From a bacterium (lineage in GTDB: Bacteria; Cyanobacteriota; Vampirovibrionia; LMEP-6097), in the NCBI GenBank assembly GCA_046080385.1, contig JBJTTW010000267.1, positions 1 through 54,489 on the forward strand: a stretch of 54,489 nucleotides of DNA. The letters run 5' to 3'. The notes under the pieces are model-generated. The model was given only the letters and a program-made list of their open reading frames with translations. It ran no database searches and was not told the DNA's origin. Of this stretch, positions 29,689 to 40,044 are shown in pieces. A program made the position numbers and the translations under genes. Each line of letters starts with the position of its first letter. The first letter of the stretch is position 1.

Positions 29689-30270
29689 ATGGCTACAGAA
29701 CTTAAAATTGAAAAGCGTAAAGAAAACAGTAAACCAAGAGCTCTTAGGAGAGAAGGCTTAATTCCAGCTACGATTTATGGGCCAGAATTAGAAAAAGCTA
29801 TTGACATTCAAGTAAATGGTAAAGACTTTAAGAAAGTAAGTTTCAAGGATTATAAGCATTTAATCGAACTTAAGGATAACGAAACCCTACATGAAGCTCT
29901 GATCCGTAACATTCAGAAAGACTTTGTAACTGGTGAGATTTTAAATATTGAGTTTTATAAGGTTAAGAGTGGTAATAAACTTAATACAAAAGTAGCCCTA
30001 AGATTTGTAGGTGATTCACCAGCAGCCAAGATGGGTTGTGACATAGTAACTCAGTTTACTGAAATGAACGTCAGATGCCTTCCAAGAGACATTCCGGAGG
30101 ATTTTGAGGTGGATATTTCTGTTCTAAAAAAACCTGCAGATATGATTAATTTTGGTGATCTAAATTTAGGTGATAAATTAGAGCTTCTAGATCCAAGTAG
30201 CGAAATTATTGTTAAAGTTGTAGCGAAGAGAGGAGCTGTAACTGATGCTCCTGCCGAAGCTCAGAAGTAA
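29689..30270 (+). CDS. rplY: 50S ribosomal protein L25 / general stress protein Ctc (long form)
   Basis: MATELKIEKRKENSKPRALRREGLIPATIYG... ATG 29689 is preferred over the track start at 29656. Confidence 0.85.
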   Translation: MATELKIEKRKENSKPRALRREGLIPATIYGPELEKAIDIQVNGKDFKKVSFKDYKHLIELKDNETLHEALIRNIQKDFVTGEILNIEFYKVKSGNKLNTKVALRFVGDSPAAKMGCDIVTQFTEMNVRCLPRDIPEDFEVDISVLKKPADMINFGDLNLGDKLELLDPSSEIIVKVVAKRGAVTDAPAEAQK

Positions 30271-30271
30271 T

Positions 30272-30346
30272 CGCACTGTTGCTGGACCCCAATTTCTGCG
30301 TCTTCGTCGTCCTCAGCCTTGAACTTGTTCGCTCGGCAGCAGTGCC
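30272..30346 (-). mobile_element. R1 element, short form (deletion between the internal tcgtcctc repeats)
   Basis: Arms are cgcactgttgctggac / gctcggcagcagtgcc. Flanking pentamers are GTAAT / GTAGT (4/5). It starts 1 nt after the rplY stop. Confidence 0.8.
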
Positions 30347-30378
30347 GTAGTAAAGACGTTTCTTTCTAAGCTTGCTAT

Positions 30379-31344
30379 TTAACATAGATTCTCTTCGAGA
30401 AAACTTAGGGAAGTTTTAAAATCTTCTGGTAGATCTATTTCAAATTTCAGCCTTTCTTCCGTAATAGGATGAGTGAACTCAAGTTTGTATGAATGCAAAA
30501 GCGGTCTATATGCTTTTAGCTTATTTTTCTCTATGCCATAAACAGCATCACCAATAATGGGATGCTTTATGTAATTCATATGAACACGAATCTGATGAGT
30601 TCTACCTGTATCTAATTTACATTCAAGCAATGCAAAAGGATCTTGAGAAGCTTTATATTTATACCTTTTTAATAACTGCCAGTTGGTTTTCGCATACCTA
30701 GCGTGTTCTAGCGTTTCAAAAGTGCGCATCCGCTTCCTATCATTGTGATCACGCCCAATAGGTTTAATTACAGAACCACTTGTTTCTCTTAAATTCCCTA
30801 GAACTAGAGTCTGATAATATCTTTCTACTTCCCGATTCTTAATCTGTTCTGCTAAGCGCCTGTGTGCTAAATCATTTTTACAAGCCAGCATTAAGCCTGT
30901 AGTATCTTTATCAAGACGGTGTACTATACCTGGTCTTAAGACACCGTTAATTTGGGATAAGCTATCCTTACAGTGATGCAGAAGAGCATTTACTAGAGTT
31001 CCATTCACCGTATTAGATGAAGGGTGTACCACTAAACCAGCTTGCTTATTTAAAACCAAAAGATATTCATCTTCAAAAATAATATCCAAAGGAATAGCCT
31101 CTGGCAATATATCTAAACTCCTTGGCGGTGGCAGATTAATAGAAATCATATCGCTGTTCTTAACTTTATGAGAAGCCTTTACCACCTTAGCATTCAATAA
31201 AATCTGCCCATCCTCAATCAAGGTCCCAATAAAAGACCTAGTTAAATTCAAAGATTCCAGCCCAGCCAAATAAACATCAAGCCTAACAGCCACAGACAAT
31301 TCTGTAACCAATAAATTTATCTGATTTTCAAGACTATTAGACAT
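30379..31344 (-). CDS. rluD: RluA-family 23S rRNA pseudouridine synthase (RluD-like)
   Basis: S4 domain plus catalytic HRLDKDTTG. Confidence 0.85.
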   Translation of the reverse strand: MSNSLENQINLLVTELSVAVRLDVYLAGLESLNLTRSFIGTLIEDGQILLNAKVVKASHKVKNSDMISINLPPPRSLDILPEAIPLDIIFEDEYLLVLNKQAGLVVHPSSNTVNGTLVNALLHHCKDSLSQINGVLRPGIVHRLDKDTTGLMLACKNDLAHRRLAEQIKNREVERYYQTLVLGNLRETSGSVIKPIGRDHNDRKRMRTFETLEHARYAKTNWQLLKRYKYKASQDPFALLECKLDTGRTHQIRVHMNYIKHPIIGDAVYGIEKNKLKAYRPLLHSYKLEFTHPITEERLKFEIDLPEDFKTSLSFLEENLC

Positions 31345-31442
31345 CTGTTAGCAAGCTGATTCTAGCATTTCATATCAATCCAGCACTAACAAATCTTCAC
31401 TTCACGAGAAGCATTATTGCCTCAATTAAGACTATCTAAAAA

Positions 31443-31817
31443 CTACTTAGACCCCAATACACTTTCTAAGTCAGCAATTAAATTATCAAAAGCAATATAA
31501 GCTGTCGAGCTGTCTTGATAATTTCGTGAATGCCTTATTGAATCATATCCAACAGAAGTAAGCATCGCATTTAAAGATACGTCTCGTTTAAATTTACTCA
31601 TATCTCTTAGAGCTTTTAATTCACTGCGCCTAACCAACGCCTCATCTTTATTTTGAGTACGAACGGCTTCACTGAAAAAATTAATTAACCTCTCTCTCTC
31701 TTCTGGAGACAGATCTTCTCTAAAATCCTCAACATTCAAAAGACCAAAATCCTCTGACTCAGAATTATAAGAAATTCCCTGATATTGATTTATAGCAGAG
31801 TTATCGACGTAAATCAT
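31443..31817 (-). CDS. Hypothetical protein
   Basis: 124-aa ORF with an aagagg SD-like sequence upstream. No recognised domain. Confidence 0.45.
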   Translation of the reverse strand: MIYVDNSAINQYQGISYNSESEDFGLLNVEDFREDLSPEERERLINFFSEAVRTQNKDEALVRRSELKALRDMSKFKRDVSLNAMLTSVGYDSIRHSRNYQDSSTAYIAFDNLIADLESVLGSK

Positions 31818-31834
31818 ATAAGAAAATACCTCTT

Positions 31835-31955
31835 GAGACTGTTTCCAAACTACAATTTCTTCGTTTTCGTCGTCCTCATGATCCTCATATACCTATAGTA
31901 CACTGCGGTCATTCGTTCTCCTCAGCCTTGAACTTGCACGCTTGAAAACAGTCTC
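31835..31955 (-). mobile_element. R1 element, full length (121 bp)
   Basis: Arms are gagactgtttccaaac / gcttgaaaacagtctc. Flanking pentamers are CTCTT / ATCTT (4/5). It ends 17 nt from ATG 31817. Confidence 0.85.
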
Positions 31956-32035
31956 ATCTTAGATTTACAAGTATCAAAAAAAAATAAAGGTTAAGTTAAG
32001 AGCAAATCGCTAAATTATAGATAAATCGAGAAAAA

Positions 32036-32248
32036 CTACTGAGCAGCTTTTTTCTTTGCATACTTCTTAGTAAATGTGTCTATTCTACCAGCAGCATCTA
32101 TGATCTTATTAGTGCCTGCATAGAAAGGATGACAATTACTGCAAACTTCCACTCTTAGAGAAGGTTCTGTAGATTCCACTAAAAACTCCGCACCACAGGT
32201 ACAAGTAGCAACAATAACATGGGTCTCTGGATGTGTGTTTTGCTTCAT
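32036..32248 (-). CDS. rpmE: 50S ribosomal protein L31 (Zn-binding type)
   Basis: MKQNTHPE.. with CTC..C..C cysteines. Confidence 0.9.
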   Translation of the reverse strand: MKQNTHPETHVIVATCTCGAEFLVESTEPSLRVEVCSNCHPFYAGTNKIIDAAGRIDTFTKKYAKKKAAQ

Positions 32249-32293
32249 AGGACTTTAGATTTTAACATGCAAATATATTAAACTCAACCAGTT

Positions 32294-32617
32294 TTATTTT
32301 TCATTAAGGAAGTCTTTAGTTAAAGATTTATACTTCTCCACTTGCTGCAAAAGCTTTTTGTTTAAATTTATAGAAGCCTCTGCCTCTTTATAAAGCTGAT
32401 CTAACTCTAGCTCAAGATCCTTTATGCGATTATGATTCTTCTCGTTTTCAAATTGTAAATTCTTAACTGAAATTTCAAGAAACTCAATATTTCTTAAATG
32501 TTTTGCAAAGCTTGGGTCATCCTTAAGCTCTGTAATAAATCTAGTCGTGTCTTCATAAGAAGAGGAAAAGAGGCCAGAAAAACCGCTCAAGTCATCGAAA
32601 TCATCACCAATTTTCAC
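32294..32617 (-). CDS. Hypothetical coiled-coil protein
   Basis: Heptad-rich 107-aa ORF. Confidence 0.45.
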   Translation of the reverse strand: MKIGDDFDDLSGFSGLFSSSYEDTTRFITELKDDPSFAKHLRNIEFLEISVKNLQFENEKNHNRIKDLELELDQLYKEAEASINLNKKLLQQVEKYKSLTKDFLNEK

Positions 32618-32692
32618 TATTTCAGAATCTTAACAAATTTAAGAGAGCAGTTTTCTTGCTAAATATTAAGAGATCAATTAAAATTTCTGAGT

Positions 32693-33532
32693 ATGACTCT
32701 TGAAGATCACAACACAAGCCAGCTTTATTTATCTAACGAAGCGAAAGAAAGCAAAGAAATATTCTCAAATCTCTTGGGCGATATTAAATCGGAGCTTAAA
32801 GTATTAGCTGAAAAGCAGGAACATAAAGTTTCTCCTGAATTTAGTGCCTTAATGGACGGTTATGTCATCAAAGCCAATGAGAGTGAGACATTAAGAGTTA
32901 AATACCAGCATGTCGAAAGTCATTACGAGGAGCTTAAATTAGAGCTTAAGACACAAAAAACACAAAATCGCCAACTTGCTTCTGACCTTGATTCAGTACG
33001 CGAAGCTTTAAAACTCTCTGAATTAGAACTATCTAAATTCAAAAGAGATTTCGATCACACTAGGCAAGATTTCCAAGATAAATCTGATGCTTTGCAAAAC
33101 GAAAAAGAAGCTCTACTCAGAAAAATAAAAGAGCTAATGACTTGGAAAGAAACTACTGAACAGCTTTGTAACGAAATGAAAGCTGAACTCGTTGAATACA
33201 ACCATAAAGTCAAACAGCTTCAACAGGAAAATTTAATCGAAAAACAGACTGCTGAAAGAAGTCTTAGAGAAGGCCAGAAAGTCATCCAAGAACTCAAAGA
33301 ACAGCTTGAACTCAGAGAAAGAGAAGCTAGTTACAAAAACGCTCTTATCGAACAGCTTGTTAGACAGACAGCTCAAGCCAATGGTCATAGTTCAATCAAT
33401 GACATCAACAGCGTTTTAAAAGGCATGAATACCACAGGTTCAACACACTCTAATGCCGAGGCTACCTATACAGATGCTCATGATGACGAAGAGACTGCTA
33501 AGAAATTCAAATGGGGAGCTTTTAGGCTCTAA
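32693..33532 (+). CDS. Hypothetical long coiled-coil protein
   Basis: 279 aa, E/K/Q/L-rich, upstream of the amidase. Confidence 0.5.
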   Translation: MTLEDHNTSQLYLSNEAKESKEIFSNLLGDIKSELKVLAEKQEHKVSPEFSALMDGYVIKANESETLRVKYQHVESHYEELKLELKTQKTQNRQLASDLDSVREALKLSELELSKFKRDFDHTRQDFQDKSDALQNEKEALLRKIKELMTWKETTEQLCNEMKAELVEYNHKVKQLQQENLIEKQTAERSLREGQKVIQELKEQLELREREASYKNALIEQLVRQTAQANGHSSINDINSVLKGMNTTGSTHSNAEATYTDAHDDEETAKKFKWGAFRL

Positions 33533-33541
33533 ATTCATGGC

Positions 33542-34735
33542 TTGCCAATGCTAGTCTATCCTCCAGAAGGACACGAAACTGACAGTAAGAAGATTTTCGT
33601 GCTGGGTTCTGCTAAGTCGTCTTGCCAAATAAACAATTTAAATATTAGGCTTGAGAAGAATGGTAATTTCTGCAAACTAATCAAACTCAAACTCGGTGAA
33701 AATAAAATAGAAATCAACATCGATGGGGAATCTTTTACCCGCAGAGTTTATGGTGTTTTAAATACTAATAACAATCCAAATCCTATAGCGTATGCTCGTC
33801 CTTACCAAGCCTTCAACACAACAGATTCAGAAGACAAGAATCATAAAATCACGCCCCCCGCTATCCAAGAGGCTATTAAAAAGCTCGCAAGTTCAAAGAA
33901 TATTCTACGGAGCATCTTAATAACTAATAGAGGTATATCTATACCACTAAACATTCTCCCCGATTACAAACTGGAAAAAATTAACGCCCATAACTACAAA
34001 TTAGATTTAGGTATCATGGAGCAAGATTTAGACTGGATTCACTATTCAGAGTTAAATCCTGAAATCAAAATAGAACGAATCTCAGCGACTATCTTCAGTA
34101 TCATATCTCAAAAGCCCATAGTAAATCATAAAATTAAATTCAAAAATCAAGTGCTTAATATCTCGTTCACATTTAGTGAAATGCCTCTTTTCGTTTGCAT
34201 AGATCCTGGTCACGGCGGCTCCCAAATGGGAACTATCTCCCCAAAAGGCATATTTGAAAAAGATTTAAATTTAAGCCTAGCTATAAAACTCGCAGCCGAA
34301 TTAAATCATCAAGGAGTAAAAAACATACTTACTCGCAATCTTGATACGGAGAAGAGCTTAAGTGAGCGGGTAAATATCTCTCAGAAAAATAAATGTACTT
34401 TATTTATTTCCTTGCATCATAACGCTCTGCCAGATGGCAGAGATCCGAATAAAGAGAGTGGGTTTTCTTGTCATTATTTTCATGAACATAGCTTTGAACT
34501 TGCTAAATTTATTTCTCTCAAGCTCAAAGCCTCATCTTCACAGAATTTTGCTGGAATTTATAAACAAAACCTTCATGTACTTAGAGAAAATCCAGATACC
34601 CTAAGTGTTTTAATTGAGCTTGGCTATCTTATTCATCCATTAGAATCAGACTTACTATGCAAAAAAAGCTTTCAAACTAAAACTGCTCAAATATTAGCAA
34701 AGGCCTTATTAGAATTTCACAAAAGCTCAAAATAG
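33542..34735 (+). CDS. N-acetylmuramoyl-L-alanine amidase (Amidase_3, AmiC-like)
   Basis: C-terminal ..CIDPGHGG.. and ..ELGYL.. motifs. Confidence 0.8.
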   Translation: MPMLVYPPEGHETDSKKIFVLGSAKSSCQINNLNIRLEKNGNFCKLIKLKLGENKIEINIDGESFTRRVYGVLNTNNNPNPIAYARPYQAFNTTDSEDKNHKITPPAIQEAIKKLASSKNILRSILITNRGISIPLNILPDYKLEKINAHNYKLDLGIMEQDLDWIHYSELNPEIKIERISATIFSIISQKPIVNHKIKFKNQVLNISFTFSEMPLFVCIDPGHGGSQMGTISPKGIFEKDLNLSLAIKLAAELNHQGVKNILTRNLDTEKSLSERVNISQKNKCTLFISLHHNALPDGRDPNKESGFSCHYFHEHSFELAKFISLKLKASSSQNFAGIYKQNLHVLRENPDTLSVLIELGYLIHPLESDLLCKKSFQTKTAQILAKALLEFHKSSK

Positions 34736-34856
34736 CATTTTTCAGCGGATCTTTAATAAATCACCTATTAACGCTTTGAAAACATAGCATCTTCGCTATC
34801 AAATAAAAAAACTTTTAAGTGGCTAGTCTATTGTAAAATAGTAATAATATATCATC

Positions 34857-36368
34857 ATGTCAGCTTATTTCGATGCACTAATCATCGGCTCAGGTATTGC
34901 AGGGCTTAATCTTGCAAGAAAGCTTGCACAAGCAGGGCAGACAGTATTTATATGCTCAAAAGAAGCAGTAACAGAAGGTTCTAGTAAATATGCTCAAGGT
35001 GGCGTAGCCGTAGTTAGCCCTTGGAATCCTGAAGATAAACTTGAAAGTCACATTCAAGACACTTTAAGTGCTGGAAAAGGTCTCTGTGATTCTAAAATAG
35101 TAGAAACTGTTTTAAGTAATGCTTGGGAAAGAGTCGAGGAATTTATAGGCTTAGGAGTAAAATTCGATAAAGATTTCTATTTAGAAGGATCTCATAGCTT
35201 TAAAAGGGTTCTACATGTAGCTGATGCTACTGGCAGAGCTTTATTAAAACCTTTACTAGATAATGTTTCCTGTAATTTAAATATAGCGATTTCTCAAGGA
35301 ACAGAAGCTATAGCACTTTTAAAAAATGATGCTTCTGAAGTAGTCGGAGCTAGGCTTAAAACTATTTCAGGAGAAGTTTTCGATATAAATGCAGCCCAAA
35401 CCATTTTAGCTACTGGTGGCTTTGCTTCATTGTATAAAGATCACACCACGCCTCGTATTTTAACTGGAGATGGTCTTGCACTAGCTTACTTGGCTGGAGC
35501 GGCTCTAGAGAATCTAGAATTTATTCAGTTTCACCCCACTGTTTTCTTTAATGGCTCTAAGCCATTTTTAATTTCAGAGGTCGTAAGAGGAGCTGGAGCT
35601 ACACTTAAAAATATCTGTAAACAGAGCTTCATGGAAGCCTATGATATTAAAGCTGAACTTGCAACAAGGGATATAGTCAGCAGAGCAATAGCCGAGGAAA
35701 TGAAAAAGACTGAAGCTGATTACGTCTACTTAGACATGACTTGCTGGTCTAAAAAAGATTTAGAAGAAAAATTCCCAAACATCTACCATCACTGTGAGTT
35801 AAGTGGCTACGATCTTAGCCAAGACCTTCTACCTGTGCGTCCCGCAGCTCATTACTGCATCGGAGGCATCAAGACTGATATTCATGGTAGAACCAATGTA
35901 AAAGGTCTTTATGCTATTGGTGAATGTGCCTATACGGGCTTACACGGAGCTAATCGCTTAGCGAGTAATTCATTACTCGAATGTATAGTAATGCCTGAGT
36001 TTTTAGCTAATTCAATTCTAAGTAGCGAATTTACTAAATCCAATAAACCAGGAAAACCCTGCGAAGACGTAAACGCTACGCTGAGCTACTCTGAAATCAA
36101 TGCTGAAGAAGAAAATCTAAAAAATATTCAAAACATCATGAGTAGAGGTCTTGGCATAGAAAGAAATGCAAGTGAATTAAAAAGCTGCTTAAATGATCTG
36201 AAACACTGTACTGAGGGAAGTAAAGCAAGAGTGGTCGCAGAATTAGCCTTCAAATCTGCTCTTAAGCGCGAAGAAAGTAGAGGCTGTCACTTTCGCAGTG
36301 ATTTTCCAAAAGCTAATTCAAAATATATAAACAACACCCTAATTCAGAAATCATTAAGAACCCACTAA
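34857..36368 (+). CDS. nadB: L-aspartate oxidase
   Basis: GSGIAGL FAD motif and ..SRGCHFRSDFP.. Confidence 0.9.
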   Translation: MSAYFDALIIGSGIAGLNLARKLAQAGQTVFICSKEAVTEGSSKYAQGGVAVVSPWNPEDKLESHIQDTLSAGKGLCDSKIVETVLSNAWERVEEFIGLGVKFDKDFYLEGSHSFKRVLHVADATGRALLKPLLDNVSCNLNIAISQGTEAIALLKNDASEVVGARLKTISGEVFDINAAQTILATGGFASLYKDHTTPRILTGDGLALAYLAGAALENLEFIQFHPTVFFNGSKPFLISEVVRGAGATLKNICKQSFMEAYDIKAELATRDIVSRAIAEEMKKTEADYVYLDMTCWSKKDLEEKFPNIYHHCELSGYDLSQDLLPVRPAAHYCIGGIKTDIHGRTNVKGLYAIGECAYTGLHGANRLASNSLLECIVMPEFLANSILSSEFTKSNKPGKPCEDVNATLSYSEINAEEENLKNIQNIMSRGLGIERNASELKSCLNDLKHCTEGSKARVVAELAFKSALKREESRGCHFRSDFPKANSKYINNTLIQKSLRTH

Positions 36369-36406
36369 TTATCTATTAGTTCACGCTAGAATGTAACGCA
36401 GAGACC

Positions 36407-37927
36407 ATGCCCTTAAACGCCTTTCCTAAAGTAAGAACCAGAATAGCACCTAGCCCAACAGGTAATCTTCACTTAGGTACGGTCAGAACTGCTCTCTATA
36501 ATGTACTTTTCGCTAAAAAACACCAAGGGGAATTTTTCTTTAGACTAGAAGATACTGATAGACAGAGAAGCGAAGAACAGTTTACTCAAGAAATATTAGA
36601 AGGGTTTAAATGGTTAAATATCTCTTGGGATAGGCCAGAAGGGCGTGTAAGCGAACGAATACACGCCCAAGAAACTCTCGTAGGTTTAGGTGAGGATGGG
36701 ATAGTCAGACAATCCCTCAGAGAAGCCGTGCATAGCAGTTATATAGAAAGATTAATTAACGAGGGTAAAGCTTATAGATGCTTTGCGACAGTAGAAGAAT
36801 TAGACGCTATGCGTGAAGCTCAGAAAGCTCGTAAAGAGATAGAGAAATATGACAATCGCTCAAGAGCTATCTCCAGAGATGATTCAGAAAAATTACTTAA
36901 AGAAGGTAAGCCATATGTAGTTAGACTCAATCTAGGTGAAGATCACGTGATTACTTGGTTAGATTTAATCAGAGGTGAAGTATCCATTAATACTAAAGAC
37001 CTTGGCGGAGACCCAGCTATCCAGAAATCTACTGGACAGGTTCTCTATAATTTCGCAGTAGTAATAGATGATTACGAAATGCAGATTTCACACATCCTGA
37101 GAGGAGAAGATCATATAAGTAACACAGCGAAACAGATCGCGATTTATGAAGCTTTAGATTTTCCGATTCCCGCATTTGGTCACCTACCCTTAATTTTCAC
37201 GAAAGATAAGCAGAAACTCTCTAAACGCAAACATGGTGATATCGCTTCTGTTAACACTTATAAAGCACAAGGTTATTTAGCAAAGGCACTGGTTAATTAC
37301 CTTTTAGGTACTAGTTATAATTCAGCGAAATATGGTGAAATATTTACTATTCCTGAAGCGGCTGAAGATTTTCAGATAACTAGCGTTAGTAAAAGCCCAG
37401 CTATTTATGATATTCAAAAGCTCAACTGGTACAACCGTGCCTACATCAGTAAACTGAGCTATCAAGAAATATTAACTCATGTTTCAAGATTTTCAAAATT
37501 TGATTTAGAAAATAATTCTCTATTTAACTCATCTCAAATCCAGTCAATAATTGAATCTATCAAAGAAAGCTTAGATAAATTCGACCAAATAGATGAACAT
37601 ATTAACTATTTTTTTGAAGATTTTAAACTTGATTACAGTGAACTAGTTACGATCATTGATGAAGGTAAAGAAGTTATTCTAGAATTTATATCTCTTATCG
37701 GAAGTGGTTCTCTAGATTTTACTGATCAAAACTCAATTAAAAATGGTATTAATTCTATTGGTGAGAAATTAAACATGAAAGGTAAAAAACTATTTTTCCC
37801 AATTCGCATAGCCATTAGTGCTAAAACTAGTGGGCCTGAACTAGGATTTATTGCAGTACTTTTAGGTAAAGAGAAAATTATTGAAAGATTAAATTCAGCT
37901 TTATTAAAAACCTCTCACAGACACTAA
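36407..37927 (+). CDS. gltX: Glutamate--tRNA ligase
   Basis: PSPTGNLHLGT (HIGH-type) and KLSKRK (KMSKS-type) motifs. Confidence 0.9.
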   Translation: MPLNAFPKVRTRIAPSPTGNLHLGTVRTALYNVLFAKKHQGEFFFRLEDTDRQRSEEQFTQEILEGFKWLNISWDRPEGRVSERIHAQETLVGLGEDGIVRQSLREAVHSSYIERLINEGKAYRCFATVEELDAMREAQKARKEIEKYDNRSRAISRDDSEKLLKEGKPYVVRLNLGEDHVITWLDLIRGEVSINTKDLGGDPAIQKSTGQVLYNFAVVIDDYEMQISHILRGEDHISNTAKQIAIYEALDFPIPAFGHLPLIFTKDKQKLSKRKHGDIASVNTYKAQGYLAKALVNYLLGTSYNSAKYGEIFTIPEAAEDFQITSVSKSPAIYDIQKLNWYNRAYISKLSYQEILTHVSRFSKFDLENNSLFNSSQIQSIIESIKESLDKFDQIDEHINYFFEDFKLDYSELVTIIDEGKEVILEFISLIGSGSLDFTDQNSIKNGINSIGEKLNMKGKKLFFPIRIAISAKTSGPELGFIAVLLGKEKIIERLNSALLKTSHRH

Positions 37928-37928
37928 T

Positions 37929-38951
37929 ATGAATAATAAGAAATATAACGTAGCAATATTAGGAGCCACAGGTAATGTTGGTAGGCTTCTATTAGACATT
38001 CTAATTAAAAGAGATTTTCCTTTTAATCTGCTCAAACTATTAGCTAGCGAAAGATCAACTGGCAGTGTCATTCAGGGCCGCAATGGCATAGCTTATCCTG
38101 TCGAAGCTGTTAATTCTAATTCCTTTGCAGGGATTGACATAGTACTTGCGTCCGCTGGATCTTCTATTAGTAAGCAATTTTCGGAAGATATAGTAAAGGC
38201 TGGTGCTGTTTTAATAGATAATTCTAGTGCTTTTAGAATGGATGAAAGTGTGCCACTCGTAGTACCAGAAGTTAATCCCGAAGCCTTAAAACTACATCAA
38301 GGAATTATCGCTAATCCTAATTGTTCTACAGCTCCACTCGTCTGTGTCTTAAAACCACTACAGGATTACTACGGCATAGAAAGAGTAGTAGTAAGCACCT
38401 ACCAAAGCATCTCCGGTGCTGGCAAAGCAGCCATGGAAGAGTTAATAGAGACTACACAGCAAGCTATTAATAAAGAGCCTTTCGTAAATAATGTCATAAA
38501 TCAAAGACTTGCTTTTAATTTAATCCCTCAGATAGATGTGTTTTTAGATAATGGTTACACCAAAGAAGAAATGAAAGTAATCTTAGAGAGTAGAAAAATT
38601 CTAGGCTTGCCAGAGCTTAAAATCACTTGCACGGCAGTCAGAGTACCTGTTTTAATATGCCACAGCGAAAGTATTAATATAGAACTCAAGAAAAGCTCTG
38701 ACGTAAAGGAATTTAAAGAAGTTATTTCTAAAAACCCTAATGTTAAAGTTATTGATAGTCCTGATGAGAAAATTTATCCTATGCCAATATTAGCTCAGGG
38801 TAAGGATTCGACCTTTGTCGGCAGGATTAGAAAAGACGAAAGCAAGGAGAATACTTTTAATATTTGGTTAGTCTCTGATAATTTACGTAAGGGCGCTGCC
38901 CTAAATACAGTACAAATCGCAGAATCCATGATAAAACAAGGTATAATATAG
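37929..38951 (+). CDS. asd: Aspartate-semialdehyde dehydrogenase
   Basis: GATGNVG and active-site NPNCST. Confidence 0.92.
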   Translation: MNNKKYNVAILGATGNVGRLLLDILIKRDFPFNLLKLLASERSTGSVIQGRNGIAYPVEAVNSNSFAGIDIVLASAGSSISKQFSEDIVKAGAVLIDNSSAFRMDESVPLVVPEVNPEALKLHQGIIANPNCSTAPLVCVLKPLQDYYGIERVVVSTYQSISGAGKAAMEELIETTQQAINKEPFVNNVINQRLAFNLIPQIDVFLDNGYTKEEMKVILESRKILGLPELKITCTAVRVPVLICHSESINIELKKSSDVKEFKEVISKNPNVKVIDSPDEKIYPMPILAQGKDSTFVGRIRKDESKENTFNIWLVSDNLRKGAALNTVQIAESMIKQGII

Positions 38952-38983
38952 AAATTCAGGTTTTATAAAGTAGACTTAAGCTA

Positions 38984-39904
38984 ATGATTAATTTCGGCTC
39001 ACTAATTACAGCAATGGTAACTCCCTTTAAAGAGGATGATGTTAATCGCATAGATTATATTGCTGCTGAAAATATAATCACACACTTGGTAAAAACTGGT
39101 ACCGATTCGATAATCATCTCTGGTACTACTGGTGAAAGACCAACACTCACCCACCAAGAGGAAGAAGATTTTCTTGACTTCACTTTAAAAAAAGTAAAAG
39201 AACTTGATCAGGGTACGAAAATTATATTCGGAGCTGGTTCTAACTGTACTAAAACAGCTATTCACTCTGCTAAACAAGCAGAGGAACTTGGCGCTGATGG
39301 CATATTACTCGTAGTACCTTACTACAATAAGCCTAACCAAGAAGGACTTATTAAACATTTCAATGAAATATCTTCTAGCACAGACTTACCTATTATTCTC
39401 TATAATGTCCCAGCAAGATCAGTAGTGAGCCTCACTGCAGAATCGATTATTGAATTAGTTTCTAATAATCCTAATATCATTGCACTTAAGGAAGCTAGCA
39501 GTAATTTTGATCTAATCAGTACGGTAAGACAGAAGTTTTCGTCTAGTGCTTTAAAAATTTACTCTGGTGAAGATACTTTGATTTTACCTATGATGAGTAT
39601 CGGTGCAGATGGAATTATATCTGTATGTTCGCACGTAGTGGGCAGACAGATGAAAGATATGATAATAGCTTTCCAAAGCGGGAATAATGAGTTAGCTAAG
39701 CGAATTCATTTGAGAATTTTCCCTGTCATGAAAGCGATATTCTCAGATACTAATCCGATTGGTATTAAAGCTGCATTAGCTGGCATGGAACTGTGTTCAG
39801 CAGAGTTAAGAAGCCCGATGCTTTCTTTACCGAAAGAAAAACAGCTTGAGTATAGTAAATTAATTAAAGAAGTTTTAGAAGTAGCAGAGGCAGATTTAGT
39901 CTGA
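38984..39904 (+). CDS. dapA: 4-hydroxy-tetrahydrodipicolinate synthase
   Basis: GTTGE, YNVP and ALKEAS motifs. Confidence 0.9.
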   Translation: MINFGSLITAMVTPFKEDDVNRIDYIAAENIITHLVKTGTDSIIISGTTGERPTLTHQEEEDFLDFTLKKVKELDQGTKIIFGAGSNCTKTAIHSAKQAEELGADGILLVVPYYNKPNQEGLIKHFNEISSSTDLPIILYNVPARSVVSLTAESIIELVSNNPNIIALKEASSNFDLISTVRQKFSSSALKIYSGEDTLILPMMSIGADGIISVCSHVVGRQMKDMIIAFQSGNNELAKRIHLRIFPVMKAIFSDTNPIGIKAALAGMELCSAELRSPMLSLPKEKQLEYSKLIKEVLEVAEADLV

Positions 39905-40044
39905 GTAAAATAACCAACCAAACAAGAAGAATTCTTAAATCTAGCAGCGGTGAAATCAAGACCGTTACTAAGACAATTAAGCACGACTCTAGTCAAATAA
40001 CTTACGACCCAAGCAAAAAGGTAAAAATAATCGCCCTCGGTGGC